Below, one piece after another: positions 11,401-22,329 of a stretch of DNA of 64,000 bases. Made by a program: the position numbers and the translations under genes. The stretch spans positions 39,930,001 through 39,994,000 of the forward strand of contig NC_087437.1 in NCBI RefSeq assembly GCF_036321535.1, given 5' to 3'. The notes beneath the pieces were generated by a model that did no database searches, was not told the origin of the DNA, and saw only the letters and a program-made list of their open reading frames with translations. Origin of the DNA: Camelus dromedarius. Lineage: Eukaryota. Numbering within the stretch: the first letter of the stretch is position 1; the number at the start of each line of letters is the position of its first letter.

Positions 11401-14400
11401 GGAATTCCCAAACTGCAGAAACAAATGCAAAACTGCTCTGAAGCAGCATAATCTAAATGTAGGCTCTACAAGATTCCCTCAGATAAAGTCTTGTGAAAAT
11501 GAGCTCCTAGTCCCAAATTACAGAACAGATAAAGAAATACTCCTTCAGGAGAGAGAATAAGTAGATACAAGGAATGTCAGGATTAGACATAAATCTATAG
11601 AATATCTGAAACAGACTATAAATAAACTTCTTTATTAATTAAAAATGTAAAATAATCTGAAACCAGAAGAAACAAGATATTACTTTTATGACAATTTTTT
11701 AAAGAAGCAAATATGAAAATGAATATATGTATGTAGTATGTATGACCGAAACATTATGCTGTACACCAGAAATTGACACATTGTAACTGACTATACTTCA
11801 GTAAAAAATAAAGAAAAATAAAGAAGCAAACAGAATTTCTTGATTTTGAAAATATAGCTACTGCAAGGAAAACATCAACAAATGAGCAAAACAGGAGACT
11901 GGAAACAACTGAAGAGAACAGAATGGGATGCAATGCAATATAGACCTCAGGAAATCCCCCAAAATGAACCATGCTTGAAGAAACAAGTATAAAAGGAAAG
12001 TTAAGAGATCTCAAGGTTAGAATAAAAAACAAAAAATAAAATGACATTACTCATTTGAAGATAATTAAGTACAAGGGGGTCAAATATAGGATGAGGGCTC
12101 CTAATTTGGGTTAAAATATATTTGAAGAGATGATGCTTGAGAATTCTCCAGAATTCATAAAAGACATGACTTGTCAGATTCAGGAGTCACTAGAATGCCC
12201 AAATAGAAAAAGTCAAAATAATTCCACTACTAGACACATTGAACTAAAACTATGGAACACTATAAACACATAACACATAAGGAAAAAAAGAAATTATTAG
12301 GAAGAAGAAAGCAAATTACTATAGAGGAACTACAAAAAACTGACAACAAGATCCAAGATCTTCAACAACAGAAGCTTTAAAAAACAGAAAAGTATGGTCA
12401 GCGTGCTGAGAGGAAATAACTGTCCACCTTGAGTTATATGGTCTGAAAAACTATTATTTAAAAATGAGAGTAAAATATAGACATTTTCAGACAAAGCCAA
12501 AGGTTATTTACTACTCACAGAACATTGCTAAAAGAGTACTAAAGAATATACTTCAAGAATAATCATATTGAACACAAGAGGAAGGAGTAGGATACAAGAA
12601 ATAATGGTGAGAAAACAAATTGGCAAGTAACACATATAAATCTAAATCATCCCTAATTGCATCAGTAACAATGACTCATGTGAAGGTCATAAGTACAAGA
12701 TGGAGCTAAAATCCTGGGCAGCAATTAGCATGTAAACCAGGGGCGGGGGAACAAGCAGAGTTACAATGTTCTACAGTTCACACGCATTTCACAAAGGGAG
12801 TCAATATTATTTAATGTGACTTTGTTAAATATGCATATTAAATATTTATTAGTGCCTATTAAAAGAACTCAAGTAGAATATTGTAGAAGGAAAAAGAAAA
12901 AGTAAAGAAAATTAAACAGGGAGCAAGAAAGAATAAAAGAAGTCAAGGGGTAGAGAAACAAACTAAAAGCAGGGCAAATGAAAAATAGAAAATAACATTC
13001 ATCTTATTTAAATCCATACAGATTCCTAGTCACAATAGATGCAAATGGACTAGAAGAAGCAGAATGACAGATTTTATTTAAGGAACAAAATCCAGCTGCA
13101 TGTTGGATTCTACATATGTTCAGGAGGGATACATGTGAAAAAAAAAGAAACCCCAAAACTCAGAAAGTATGGAAGGAAGTGGATAAAAATGGATATAACC
13201 AAAAGAAAGCTGGAGTGCCTATATTAATATGAAACAAAGCCAACTTCAATGAAAAAAATCATTATTTACTAATTATTAACAAAATTACAGAAGGAAAACT
13301 TTACCATGAATATACCATATTTTGGATTTGTAGTTACCAAATATCTTAACCTCCAAAAGCATGAAGCAAAAATTGATAGAATTACAGGAAATAAATCGAC
13401 AAGTTTATAATTAAAAGCAAGTTTCAACACAGCTCTCTCAGTAACTAATAAAGAAGACCCCAAATTGGTAGCAACACATAAGATTTGAATAGCACAATTA
13501 ACAAGTTTGATCTAATGAACATATATAGAAGCCTGTATCCAAAAATTATTTTTCCAGCTCATATGTGTATTTATAAAATGTGCCACATTAAACCACAAAA
13601 ATCACAGCACAATAAAAAAATCAGTTTATATATATATATATAACAAAAGTCACATGTTTAGAAATTTTAAAACATATTAAATAATATATGGGTCAAAGAG
13701 AAATCACTATTAAATATTTTAAACTAAATAATATTGAGAATATCATATATAAAACTTGTGGAAAGCAGGTAAACCAATATTAGAGGAAATTTAGAGTCTT
13801 AAATGTTTATATTAGAAATGAAGCAAAATGAAAACCAATGAATAAGGAGTCCAAACAAAAATTTATAAAAAGATCAACAGAATAAAAACAAAAGTTTAAA
13901 GATATGAGAAAATACCCATAAAAAATAATAAAGCAGACAAAATTTTGGCATTTTGATTAATAAAAAAGGAAGAGATATAAATGAAAATATTAGTAATTAA
14001 AAGGGAAACATTCAGAGCAGCACAAGAGATTTTTAAATGCTTTAGCAATTATTATGATCAAATTTATGCCAATAAACTTGAAAACCTAGGCAAAAGAATA
14101 ATTTCCTAGAAAAATAAAATTTACTAAAGTTGACTCAAGGAAAAAGAGCAGATCTGAATACAACCATTAAAAAATTGCATGTATGCAATTGAATTGAATG
14201 TAATATGTAACTGGCTGCCAATACATCAACCTAGTATTAAAGAGGATTTTTTAACAAACCTCCAAGTGACCAATAATCCCAACTTATAGAAACCATTCCA
14301 GAGAACAGATGGCTAAAGTGACAAGTCAAATCAGTTTAAGTGAAAATACAGTGGGATATTTTGTGAAGCTTGACAAACTGTTCCTAAAATTAACATGGAG

Positions 14401-15365
14401 GAATAAATGACTAAGACAATTATGAGGAAGACGAAGGGAAGATTTGCCTTACAGATATCAAGATTTATATATAGCTGTGGTAATTTAAAAATGAGTGTTA
14501 GTGGCATAAGGATAAAGAAAGAGACCAAATGATCAGAATAGAAGTCCTGGAACAGACCCACACATTTGTGGGAACCTGGTGTATGCCAGAGGTGGCATTA
14601 AAAATGAGAAGATGAACTGTTTAGTAAATAAAGCCAGGACACTTAGCTAGCCATATAAAAAGGAAAAAAAGTGGAGGCCTGCTTAGTATCTAAATGCAAA
14701 GAAAAAAAGCCCAAAAAACCCAGAAACTCTATCAGCACTGTTGAGAGGGTAAGAGGCACAATCACAAGCTGGAATTAGCTGGCAAATTTTATGATGTAAG
14801 TAAACCACAATTGGGCAATTTCTCTTTTAGGCATATACCATAGAAAAATTCTCATACATGTGCACAGGCAACAAAAAGAGATGCTGAAGACAGTGCTGTT
14901 TATGATAGCAACAAAGCAGGAACAACCCACCTCTTTCTAAGAAAAGGAATATATGAATATACCACAGTTGGAATGGAATGCTACACAGCAGTTAAAATGC
15001 ATTAATCTGTTGAACCTTATCAGCATGGATTAATCTCAAATATAAAATGTTAAGTGAAAAAAGCAAGCTGAATAATATGTACAGTATAATACCACTTATG
15101 CACATTTAAAAATATAATAAAATATCATATATAGTTTATGGTGGGACACATGCAGTAAAAGCACAAAAATAAACATGGAAATATTTCACACCAACTCCAG
15201 GATATCAGAGAAGAGAAATGGGCCTTTAACTACAACTCTGAAGTTTTATTTCTTTTACAAAAGAGATTGCTGGCAAATATGCAAATACTAATATCTGGAT
15301 ATATAGATATTTGTATCCTATTCTTTTTAAAACATTTGAAACATTTCATAATTTAAAATAAAATG
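11400..15365 (+). mobile_element. Old, internally deleted L1 (L1M class): ORF1, ORF2 endonuclease and C-terminal remnants, 3' UTR
   Basis: ORF1-like ATATTTGAAGAGATGATGCTTGAGAATTCTCCAGAA (12118); endonuclease NQKKAGVPILI (about 13198); AAACTTGTGGAAAGCAGGTAAA; CCAAATGATCAGAATAGAAGTCC; 3' UTR. Heavily degraded. Confidence 0.85.
11712..11818 (+). mobile_element. 5'-truncated young L1 3' tail nested in the old L1
   Basis: Same 3' UTR end as 5600-5700; flanked by 12-bp TSD TAAAGAAGCAAA (11700-11711 and 11819-11830). Confidence 0.85.
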
Positions 15366-15427
15366 AATTATTAAAAGCACATAGCATAAAAAAGAAGACA
15401 ACTATTTTCATTTAAAAATCCAGCCCA

Positions 15428-15608
15428 GAACTTGAAAGTTCTCATAACAAGAAAAAAAAAAAAACTTTTGTAACTATGTGTGGTGATGGATTTCAACTAA
15501 ACTTATTGTGATAACCATTTTGCAATATATACATACATCAAATCACATCGTACGTCTAAAACTAATACAATGTTTTATGTCAGTTATATATCAAGAAAAA
15601 ATGAAAAT
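15428..15608 (+). mobile_element. L1MA-type 3' end fragment
   Basis: TTGAAAGTTCTCATAACAAG...TAACTATGTGTGGTGATGGA...TTGCAATATATACATACATCAAATCA...; degenerate 14-bp TSD (15414-15427 vs 15609-15622, 11/14 identical). Confidence 0.8.
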
Positions 15609-15614
15609 AAAAAC

Positions 15615-15758
15615 CTTGCCCACATGAGGGTTTCCTGGATCACGGCAAGAGTCACCCCACAGACAACTGCTGACCAAAGCTAGTCCACCAGGGCAAGCGC
15701 CCTAATCAAAGAACCTGGTGTTTCCTCCTGTTTTCATTGGTATGCACCAGTGATGATG
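15615..15758 (-). pseudogene. Pseudo-exon (further Cys module), apparently interrupted by an L1 3' fragment
   Basis: CCTTTTTCTAG| acceptor; GNTRFFD*GACPGG / VCGVTLAVIQETLMWA. The frame resumes beyond the L1 at 15427 as GFLNENSCLLFY. Confidence 0.4.
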
Positions 15759-16495
15759 CTAGAAAAAGGCTGTAAGGTGGTGATTTCCAGATCAGGATTT
15801 TAAGTACTAGTAATTAAATAAATTTTATACACACACACAAAGACACACACTTATACACACACAATTAACATCTTTTCGCAAAAGAAAAAGCATTATCACA
15901 CACACAAAAATAAGAATAATCTCAGAATAAACAAGTCTTCTAAATGAATTTATCTTTATGAATAGCCACATTCTTCTCATCTTTCTCATTTTGCCTCAGA
16001 ATAGTGAAACCTTCCAAATAGACTAGGAAGAGACCATAAACCAGTGTTTAGGGACCGCTTGTCTCGGGAACATACTTGGCATTCAATTACCAGCCAGAGC
16101 CTAGAGGACCAACAAAACCGACATTATGATAAGACATTTGTAGTGACCTCAGGTAGATTTCAGGAATGACATGATAAACAATGATTTTCTTCATCAATTC
16201 TTCCAGTTTCATGTTCCAGTGAGAAACACCATCTGTCCAAGACTAAATGTACAATATACTATGAACCTCATTCTATTCATCTATTGTCAATTACAAAAAA
16301 AAATGTTGTTTCTTTCTCTGGTTCAAGAAGTAATATAATTCTATTTATTTTTGCTCTATCTTGCCTTGTTTATTTTTAACTCAGTAAAACACGCACAGAC
16401 TATATTTAAATATTAGAAAAACACTTTCATTTGGGACTGACATTCTTAAAAATAAATACTTTTTAATCTTTCCAAGTTTGTTATGCTAATATTAC

Positions 16496-16761
16496 CGTCC
16501 CTCAATTTTGTTCAGCACAGACATGCATACAGTTTCCTGAGGTCAGTGACACAACCCCACTGACTTTGAAGAAGCGTTAGAAAGGAAGAGTCAATGCATG
16601 GTGCTGAAAATAGATACGAGGTGACTTGGATTTTGCAGCCACATGGGGGTAAGAGGACACTGGAAGGTAAGAAGGAATTAGCTCTTTATGAAAAGCAAAA
16701 TACAGCTTGGTCAATCAATTCAGTGACAACAGCAGTCAAATCAACTGTGTGACAGCACAAC
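16496..16761 (-). pseudogene. Pseudo-exon with PKDCC C-terminal-like Cys module
   Basis: TTTATTCAACAG| acceptor; 76 codons with a single stop (LCCHTVDLTAVVTELIDQAVFCFS*RANSFLP...SQWGCVTDLRK). The 3' end reads SLTSGNC/MSVLNKIEG vs PKDCC [17 protein letters not shown]. Candidate donors at 16530 or 16495. Confidence 0.5.
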
Positions 16762-17464
16762 CTGTTGAATAAATGGGTCACTTTTCAACTCACTCCTATA
16801 CCCAATTCCAAAGTTATACAGGTTTAGCCAGTCTCAGGACTTGTCATTCACAGAAGATCATTCTGGAACTTCTACCCAGGAATCACATAGAAAAAAATCT
16901 CTGCCTTCAATATATTTTCAATTTAAGTAGGAAATATAAAATAAGTGCTTGTTATAAGCACAGTCACAAAATGATGTAAAAAGTCAAGTTAAATATAGTT
17001 ATTTAACATATATGTGCCTATTACTATTATTATATAATACTACATATCTACAATAACATTATTGGAGAAATAATAGTGACTAGAGTAATCACAGAAATTA
17101 ATCCATATTTGGAAACCTATCTCTCTTTTCCTAAATAGAACAGAAAGCTAGAGTCAGAACAATGTGCAAGCTTGTTGCTCAAGCATTGAAATTTTTATGA
17201 CTATCTGTTTAAGGCACTAGATTCTATAATTTTTTCTTTGCCCCCAACCATCCCATGCAATGCATTCATTCATTCAAAAAGATGTTTAAGCGTTTGCTGG
17301 GGACCAAGCACTAGGGCTCAAAAACAGAGCTCATAGTTAAAAGTTATGGTTTATTTGATCAAGTAGCATGACTGATAAAACTTGATTCTAAATATCCTGT
17401 GCAACACTATGTCATTTTATTTTCCTCATCTTGGAAATAAATAATTGAACTTTCAATCTCTCAC

Positions 17465-17609
17465 AGAATTTGAGTGGGGCTTCTCCTTTTCTCAGACGGC
17501 ACCAAGGGCTCCCACCAGCAACAAAATCACAGAGCTGCCTCCTCCACTTTGCAGCTTCCTCAGACTCTGATGATGAACACTGACTGCACTCTGCTTTGAA
17601 CAGTGTAAC
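17465..17609 (-). pseudogene. Pseudo-exon (145 nt, open frame)
   Basis: TTTTTTTAAGAGTAG| acceptor and T|GTGAGA donor. Phase-0 frame is open: [48 protein letters not shown]. Confidence 0.45.
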
Positions 17610-17968
17610 CTACTCTTAAAAAAATATGTCCTGGACAAGCTCCTCAGATGGAAAATGATTTAATCTGTAGTAACATTTGACTGCGCATATAATGCTTTGT
17701 GAAGCCAGAGCAGCCCTGACATTTTATGAATAGGGAAATGAGAGAGCGTGTTAAAGAAGGCTTGACAGCGAGAATGAAAGAATGGAGATTCAACTTAAGC
17801 TGTTGAAAGCCTAACAAGATAAAGACAGGCAGGAAAGAGTCTCCTTAAATGTGATGAAATAAGGCCTGAAGGGATGGAACGGTAGAGAGATTGACGAGTA
17901 TACACTTTGAAACAGAAGACAAATGTGTTCAACCTGACAGTAACATGTGGTTAAATTAATCAAAGTAC

Positions 17969-18498
17969 CCATTGCCTCAAATGGTAGGAAAGAATACAGA
18001 TTTATGCAGCAATCATCTGGGGTGGTAGGTGAGAAATTTCAAAGCGACCAAAGAAGTGGAGCTTTGGGAAGAAATAATTGTTAGGATTATTCAGCATTCT
18101 CATAACATGTAAACATGACCACTGACCATGTCACGATTTCCTTGCGTTTTATTTCCTCCACGTTAAAATGTAAAACAGGAGACTAAGTGCAGTTCCTATT
18201 ACCCAAAGGGAATATTTAATTTTAAGTGATATTGTTCTTGTGATTTTTAATGATGAATTTTCAAGGGGGAATATTTTCAGGGAGTAAGCCTATTGGTCAA
18301 ATTAACTAGTTGACAGTTTACACTGCCCAGTTCTTCCTCTTGAGCTTCCAAAGACATGATGCAGCCCAAATACCAAGCCCACTCTTTGTCTGTCTTGATC
18401 CAAGCTACTCTGCCTTGCAGGACTATTTCTCATGAAGGCAGATGCTATAAGTTCTGCCTGTTGAGGACACTATCAAAGCAAGGGACAAGTAAAAATAT
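17969..18498 (-). pseudogene. Pseudo-exon: PKDCC/VLK-like kinase core remnant
   Basis: Fragments in order: IFYLSLL..CPQQAELI / YSICL / RNSPARQSSLDQDRQRVGLVF / LWKLKRKNWAV / NLTNRLTP*KYSPL (KYSPL at 18262-18276; ungapped vs PKDCC SLGRLLHHLAHSPL) / KFIIKN / HGQWSCL / MLNNPNNYFFPKL (NNYFFPKL at 18059-18082; vs LYNAYRFFFTYL). Acceptor is degraded; donor TGG|GTACTT. Confidence 0.6.
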
Positions 18499-18699
18499 TT
18501 CCAAAACTTTCTCAAGGATAAGCATTAAAATAAATTCGACCTTAACTAACTAAAATGACCAACTAATCAGAACACTGCACTGAATATACTCATCATCGAA
18601 GTTTTATTGTATACCACTGAGATCTTTCTCCTTCCACCCACCTGCGTTAACTAAGAGAGAACATTAATCTTTTAAAATGGTTTTTCTTCAAGGGAAGAT

Positions 18700-18805
18700 A
18701 GAGGATTGTGATGGATCCTAGAGCATCTGTATTTTGTAAAGGTTCCCCATGTGGTGATTCTGATGGCTCTTCCTACCTCAAACTTCCGATTGAGAACCAC
18801 TGCCT
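18700..18805. mobile_element. MER5-type hAT DNA transposon fragment
   Basis: GCATCTGTATTTT...CCCCATGTGGTGATTCTGATG...TTGAGAACCACTG. Confidence 0.65.
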
Positions 18806-18999
18806 TCCTGGGAAGAAAGCTTTTTTATATAAATTATTCTACCTATGATGCCATTCACATTCAACCTTCTCATTAGAAATCAATAATGATGAAAAATCAA
18901 TAATAATGATAGAAGGAATGGAAGAGAGTCAATAAGTGGCCATAGTGAGGATGAATCCTCTTTGAAACTCACATCCAGGTTAAATCCTTGCTGTTTAGT

Positions 19000-19225
19000 C
19001 GCTTTTTTCCTTTTATGAGATGGATTTGGAAGACACTTGGCCACCAGGCTTCTCTTAAAAGTCCTTTATACAGTTGAGGACAGTTATTAAGTCACCTCTA
19101 AACCTCAATACCAGTAATCCTGATTCCATTCATCTTTTTTCATCAGCGCTGTTTTCCAACCCGTTAATCATTTTCATTGCTCTCCCCTGGACCCTATCCA
19201 AGTTCTCCACGTATCTTTAAGCTTC
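19000..19225 (-). mobile_element. CR1/L3 LINE fragment
   Basis: TTTTCCAACCCGTTAATCATTTTCATTGCTCTCCCCTGGACCCTATCCAAGTTCTCCAC resembles antisense CR1/L3 ORF2 3' region. Confidence 0.6.
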
Positions 19226-20448
19226 TGTGAATTATGTGACCAGTTTATAGCTTTGATAAGCCTGGGTGGTGGAAAAGGTAGAATCTCATCACAACAGACT
19301 ATAAATGTATTTGGGGGGCAGGCAGGGATGAAGGATCATATAGTTCAATTGTGAGGGAAATTTCAGTGCTAACATGATACTCAGTTAAGTCTTTATTCCT
19401 TTGCAATTGTTTCTCAACATACTACACTAAAATATTAGAAGTCACAGGTGGAGTCTGCATTTTATATGGATGCCTTTTTAGTGCCACCTGATGTCTGCTT
19501 CCTTTAGGGAACAGAGAGAAGGGACTACATTTTTCAAAAGGTCGGTGGTTTCTTGAGTGGAAATAGCTTTTTAATCACAGGGAAATGCTGCTAGGAAAGA
19601 AGTCCCTGTGGCAGATGGAGAGGCTGTGGTAGGGCCATTGTATCGTCAATGTTCATTTTCCCCACGGCTTTTCCAAAAGAGGCTAAGGGGCCCCATTTTG
19701 ACTGTGTTGGTAGCTTGAATACTGCTTTCACAGTCAGAACTCTGAACCAACCATTAGCAGAATCTCTTCAGTATCAAAGTCAGTAGCCAAGCTGTACTTA
19801 TGGGAAGCAGCGTGGCACAGTGACAGTGACTGGTGGCTGGCCACTTATAAGTGGTGAATTTTCAGCAAGGTGGGACTCCTCTTTGAGCCTCTGAGACGAT
19901 AACAGAATTACATCATAGAAGTGACGTGAGCATTTGATGGAAACAGCACCTGGCACATAGTAGGTACAAAGACACCACCAGAAAAGGAGTTGACTACAGG
20001 TGCAAGTCATGAGCATTGAAAGGAAAGGGAACATGAAAGTCTGTTCCTCTGAATATGCAATTTTTATACGGGTGCCTCTTCAAACAAGATAAAGCACAGT
20101 GCTCATGGGAAAAGTAGAAAACAAAGAAAATGCCGTCGTGGCCAATGGCAGATCAATCACCACTGAAAACATGTCAGGGATCTGCAGAGTCTAACAGGAG
20201 TCAACTGGAATTCAGCAGATAAGCAGTTGCCTCTATGAGCCTTAAACATTCCCTGGAAGAGAGACACCACACCCATCTTTGGAAATATATTCCCATGTTA
20301 GAACCAGACGTGCATATGGAAATTATTATTATCCCCTGGCTGAGGGCTTCAGTTATAAAACATTTGTGGTGTTTGTAACCTAAAAGAGGGATTTTCTCAA
20401 ATTCGCTAAAACTGCCTTATTTTTTTTTAGGGTCACCATTATCCATAC

Positions 20449-20727
20449 CTCATTTGAGAGCAAGTGAATGGTCAAATTAACGTGTTTTTGCAGGAAGCTG
20501 ATTCTGTGACTTCCTTAAAGAGAGTGCAGCTCTTCCCAGGGTTATCGGCAAGCTGCCACCCCAGCTTCTCATGCCAGGTGCCCTTCCTGACTGGTCATTT
20601 CCCCTCGGGCTGGAGATAACCCTGCAATGACTCCAAATTCTTTCATTCAGTATTTGATTCTATCTCCATCGTAAAGCCTCCCCCGGAACATGGCTGGACC
20701 TAAGTGTTTCCATGTCTTGGTTCATTC
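20449..20727 (-). pseudogene. Pseudo-exon: kinase N-lobe remnant
   Basis: TTTTAG| acceptor and GAG|GTATGG donor, 279 nt. Phase-2 entry matches the upstream exon and reads ...E*KNLESLQGYLQPEGK*PVRKGTWHEKL...SASCKN / NLTIHLLSNE, comparable to PKDCC [23 protein letters not shown]...GCYRLAAHKLLKE. Confidence 0.6.
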
Positions 20728-21109
20728 CTAAAATCCCAGTCTGACTTTCAGTTGAACTGCAGTGGAAAATCCAAATCATGTGACAGGAGGAAAACAATGA
20801 CTTTTTCTTGATTCTATTTTCTAAACATATAGTCATGAACAATAAATATTTACAGGCAACTGACGACAACTGAAAATTTTTCTTTGGGATCCACATAAAA
20901 TAGATTCTATTCTGTAAAACACGGTCAATCATGCATAAACTTTAAGATTTTAGCCATCTATCCATTAAAACTGTTCCATGATTTCTCTGCTTCTCACAGC
21001 CACTGATCGCCCCTAAAAAAGAGTCCATAAATTCACATCATATTTAAATGAACAGAATCTTTATTTCCTTAATGCCTTGCAGTCTGATTGTGCAGTTTCC
21101 TTCACGGCA

Positions 21110-21462
21110 GCATTGATCCCCCTATCCCCTAACTCATATCTGCCTCCCTATTTCCCACATACAGTCAGTAACCAAGTCCCGCTGACTCTTTCCTTGCTAT
21201 GTTATTCTTTCTATTCCTTTGCCACAATCTAGTTCAGGTTCTTATTATTTACTTCCAATGTTTCTTTTGCAATAGCCCGCTAACTAGTTCTCCAAATTTT
21301 CAGTTACAATTCATCTTGCATACTTCTGCCAAATTAAACATCCTAAAGCATGATTCTGATTGTATCTCTTCACATTTTAGACATTCCAATGGCTCCCCAT
21401 TATGTCTAAATAAAGTTCAGCTTCAACTCACATGAGGCCAATGTGTTTGTTGAGTGAATGAA
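21110..21462 (+). mobile_element. L2 fragment (within pseudogene intron)
   Basis: CAGTCAGTAACCAAGTCC...TTGCAATAGCC...CCAATGGCTCCCCAT...TGTTTGTTGAGTGAATGAA. Confidence 0.7.
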
Positions 21463-21496
21463 CAGGAAAGTTGCACATGCAGGTTTAGCAACTTAC

Positions 21497-22091
21497 TTGT
21501 TATTTACTGAATAAAGTCCAAAAGAGAGGTTTTGTTTTGTTGAGTTTTCTGTCTTAAGCCAAGGTTCCCCATGTATTCTGTTCGTGGCCTCTGAAATGTT
21601 TGAATCATGACTGGTAAATCAGTTGATAAAGAGGAGTCCCTATTTCACACCTTCTTTTCTCTAGATTTTAAAAGACTCTTTCAGGTTTCAACTGAATATG
21701 CTCTTTACTTCTATTCCTTAAGATATTATGAATGTTCTCCCTATTGAATCTTCTTCATGAATATTCAATCTAAGGAGGTTTTAAGTTCAGGGTGACGAAA
21801 TACACAATTTGTCCTTATGATCTCAATTATTTCTCTATTTCAGTTCCGTGTAATGTGAACATATCATATCCTGAATTAAGAAAGAAGATTCCATAAAAAC
21901 ATATTTTACCTTCATGGAAAATGTTTATCCAAAATAAAATGTATCTGTAAATCCCATGAAAAGATAACAGATGAAAACGGCAGTGTAAACACATGCCAAA
22001 ATTGTTCCTATTCAAATATGAGAAGTAACAGATAACTATTTTTGCAATATTTGAAAGCACAATCCTGTTCAAAAGCAAGAAAGTTTTCCAT
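21497..22091 (-). pseudogene. Pseudo-exon: N-terminal signal-anchor and stem region
   Basis: ATG at 22091 reads MENFLAFEQDCAFKYCKNSYLLLLIF, then after a frameshift IGTILACVYTAVFICYLFMGF (hydrophobic run after basic residues). Later REIIEIIRTNCVFRHPELKNLLRLNI...GLYSVNN ends at a perfect AA|GTAAGT donor (21497/21496). Confidence 0.55.
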
Positions 22092-22329
22092 GGACCATTA
22101 AAAAAAAGGAAATCTACAACAGTAGAGGGTCTTTGTCTGGATTATGGCCAAAAATAAATGGTAAGGATTATGTTTCAGTGCTCGTATAGGAAAGGGCCTG
22201 AACATGCTTCACACATGAACTGAGCACCCAACTGAAGCCAGAGATTCCCAGCCTCTGAACAGAGGGTAAGATCACTTTATTCACACTATCACAAGACCTG
22301 GTGCAGCTGAGACAACTGTGAATTTCCAT

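Larger units (their letters stand above)
1..22091 (-). pseudogene. Decayed multi-exon (non-processed) gene encoding a putative type II membrane PKDCC/VLK-like secretory kinase with a long C-terminal extension; continues beyond the left window edge
   Basis: Series of minus-strand exon remnants with AG/GT boundaries (about 21497-22091, 20449-20727, 17969-18498, 17465-17609, 16496-16761, 15615-15758, 8704-8920, 8533-8653, 4284-4516, 3146-3433, 1675-1865, 374-~540, 1-271). Several junctions are phase-compatible and translations are protein-like but carry stops and frameshifts. Kinase-like motifs are co-linear with PKDCC by eye. Confidence 0.7.
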
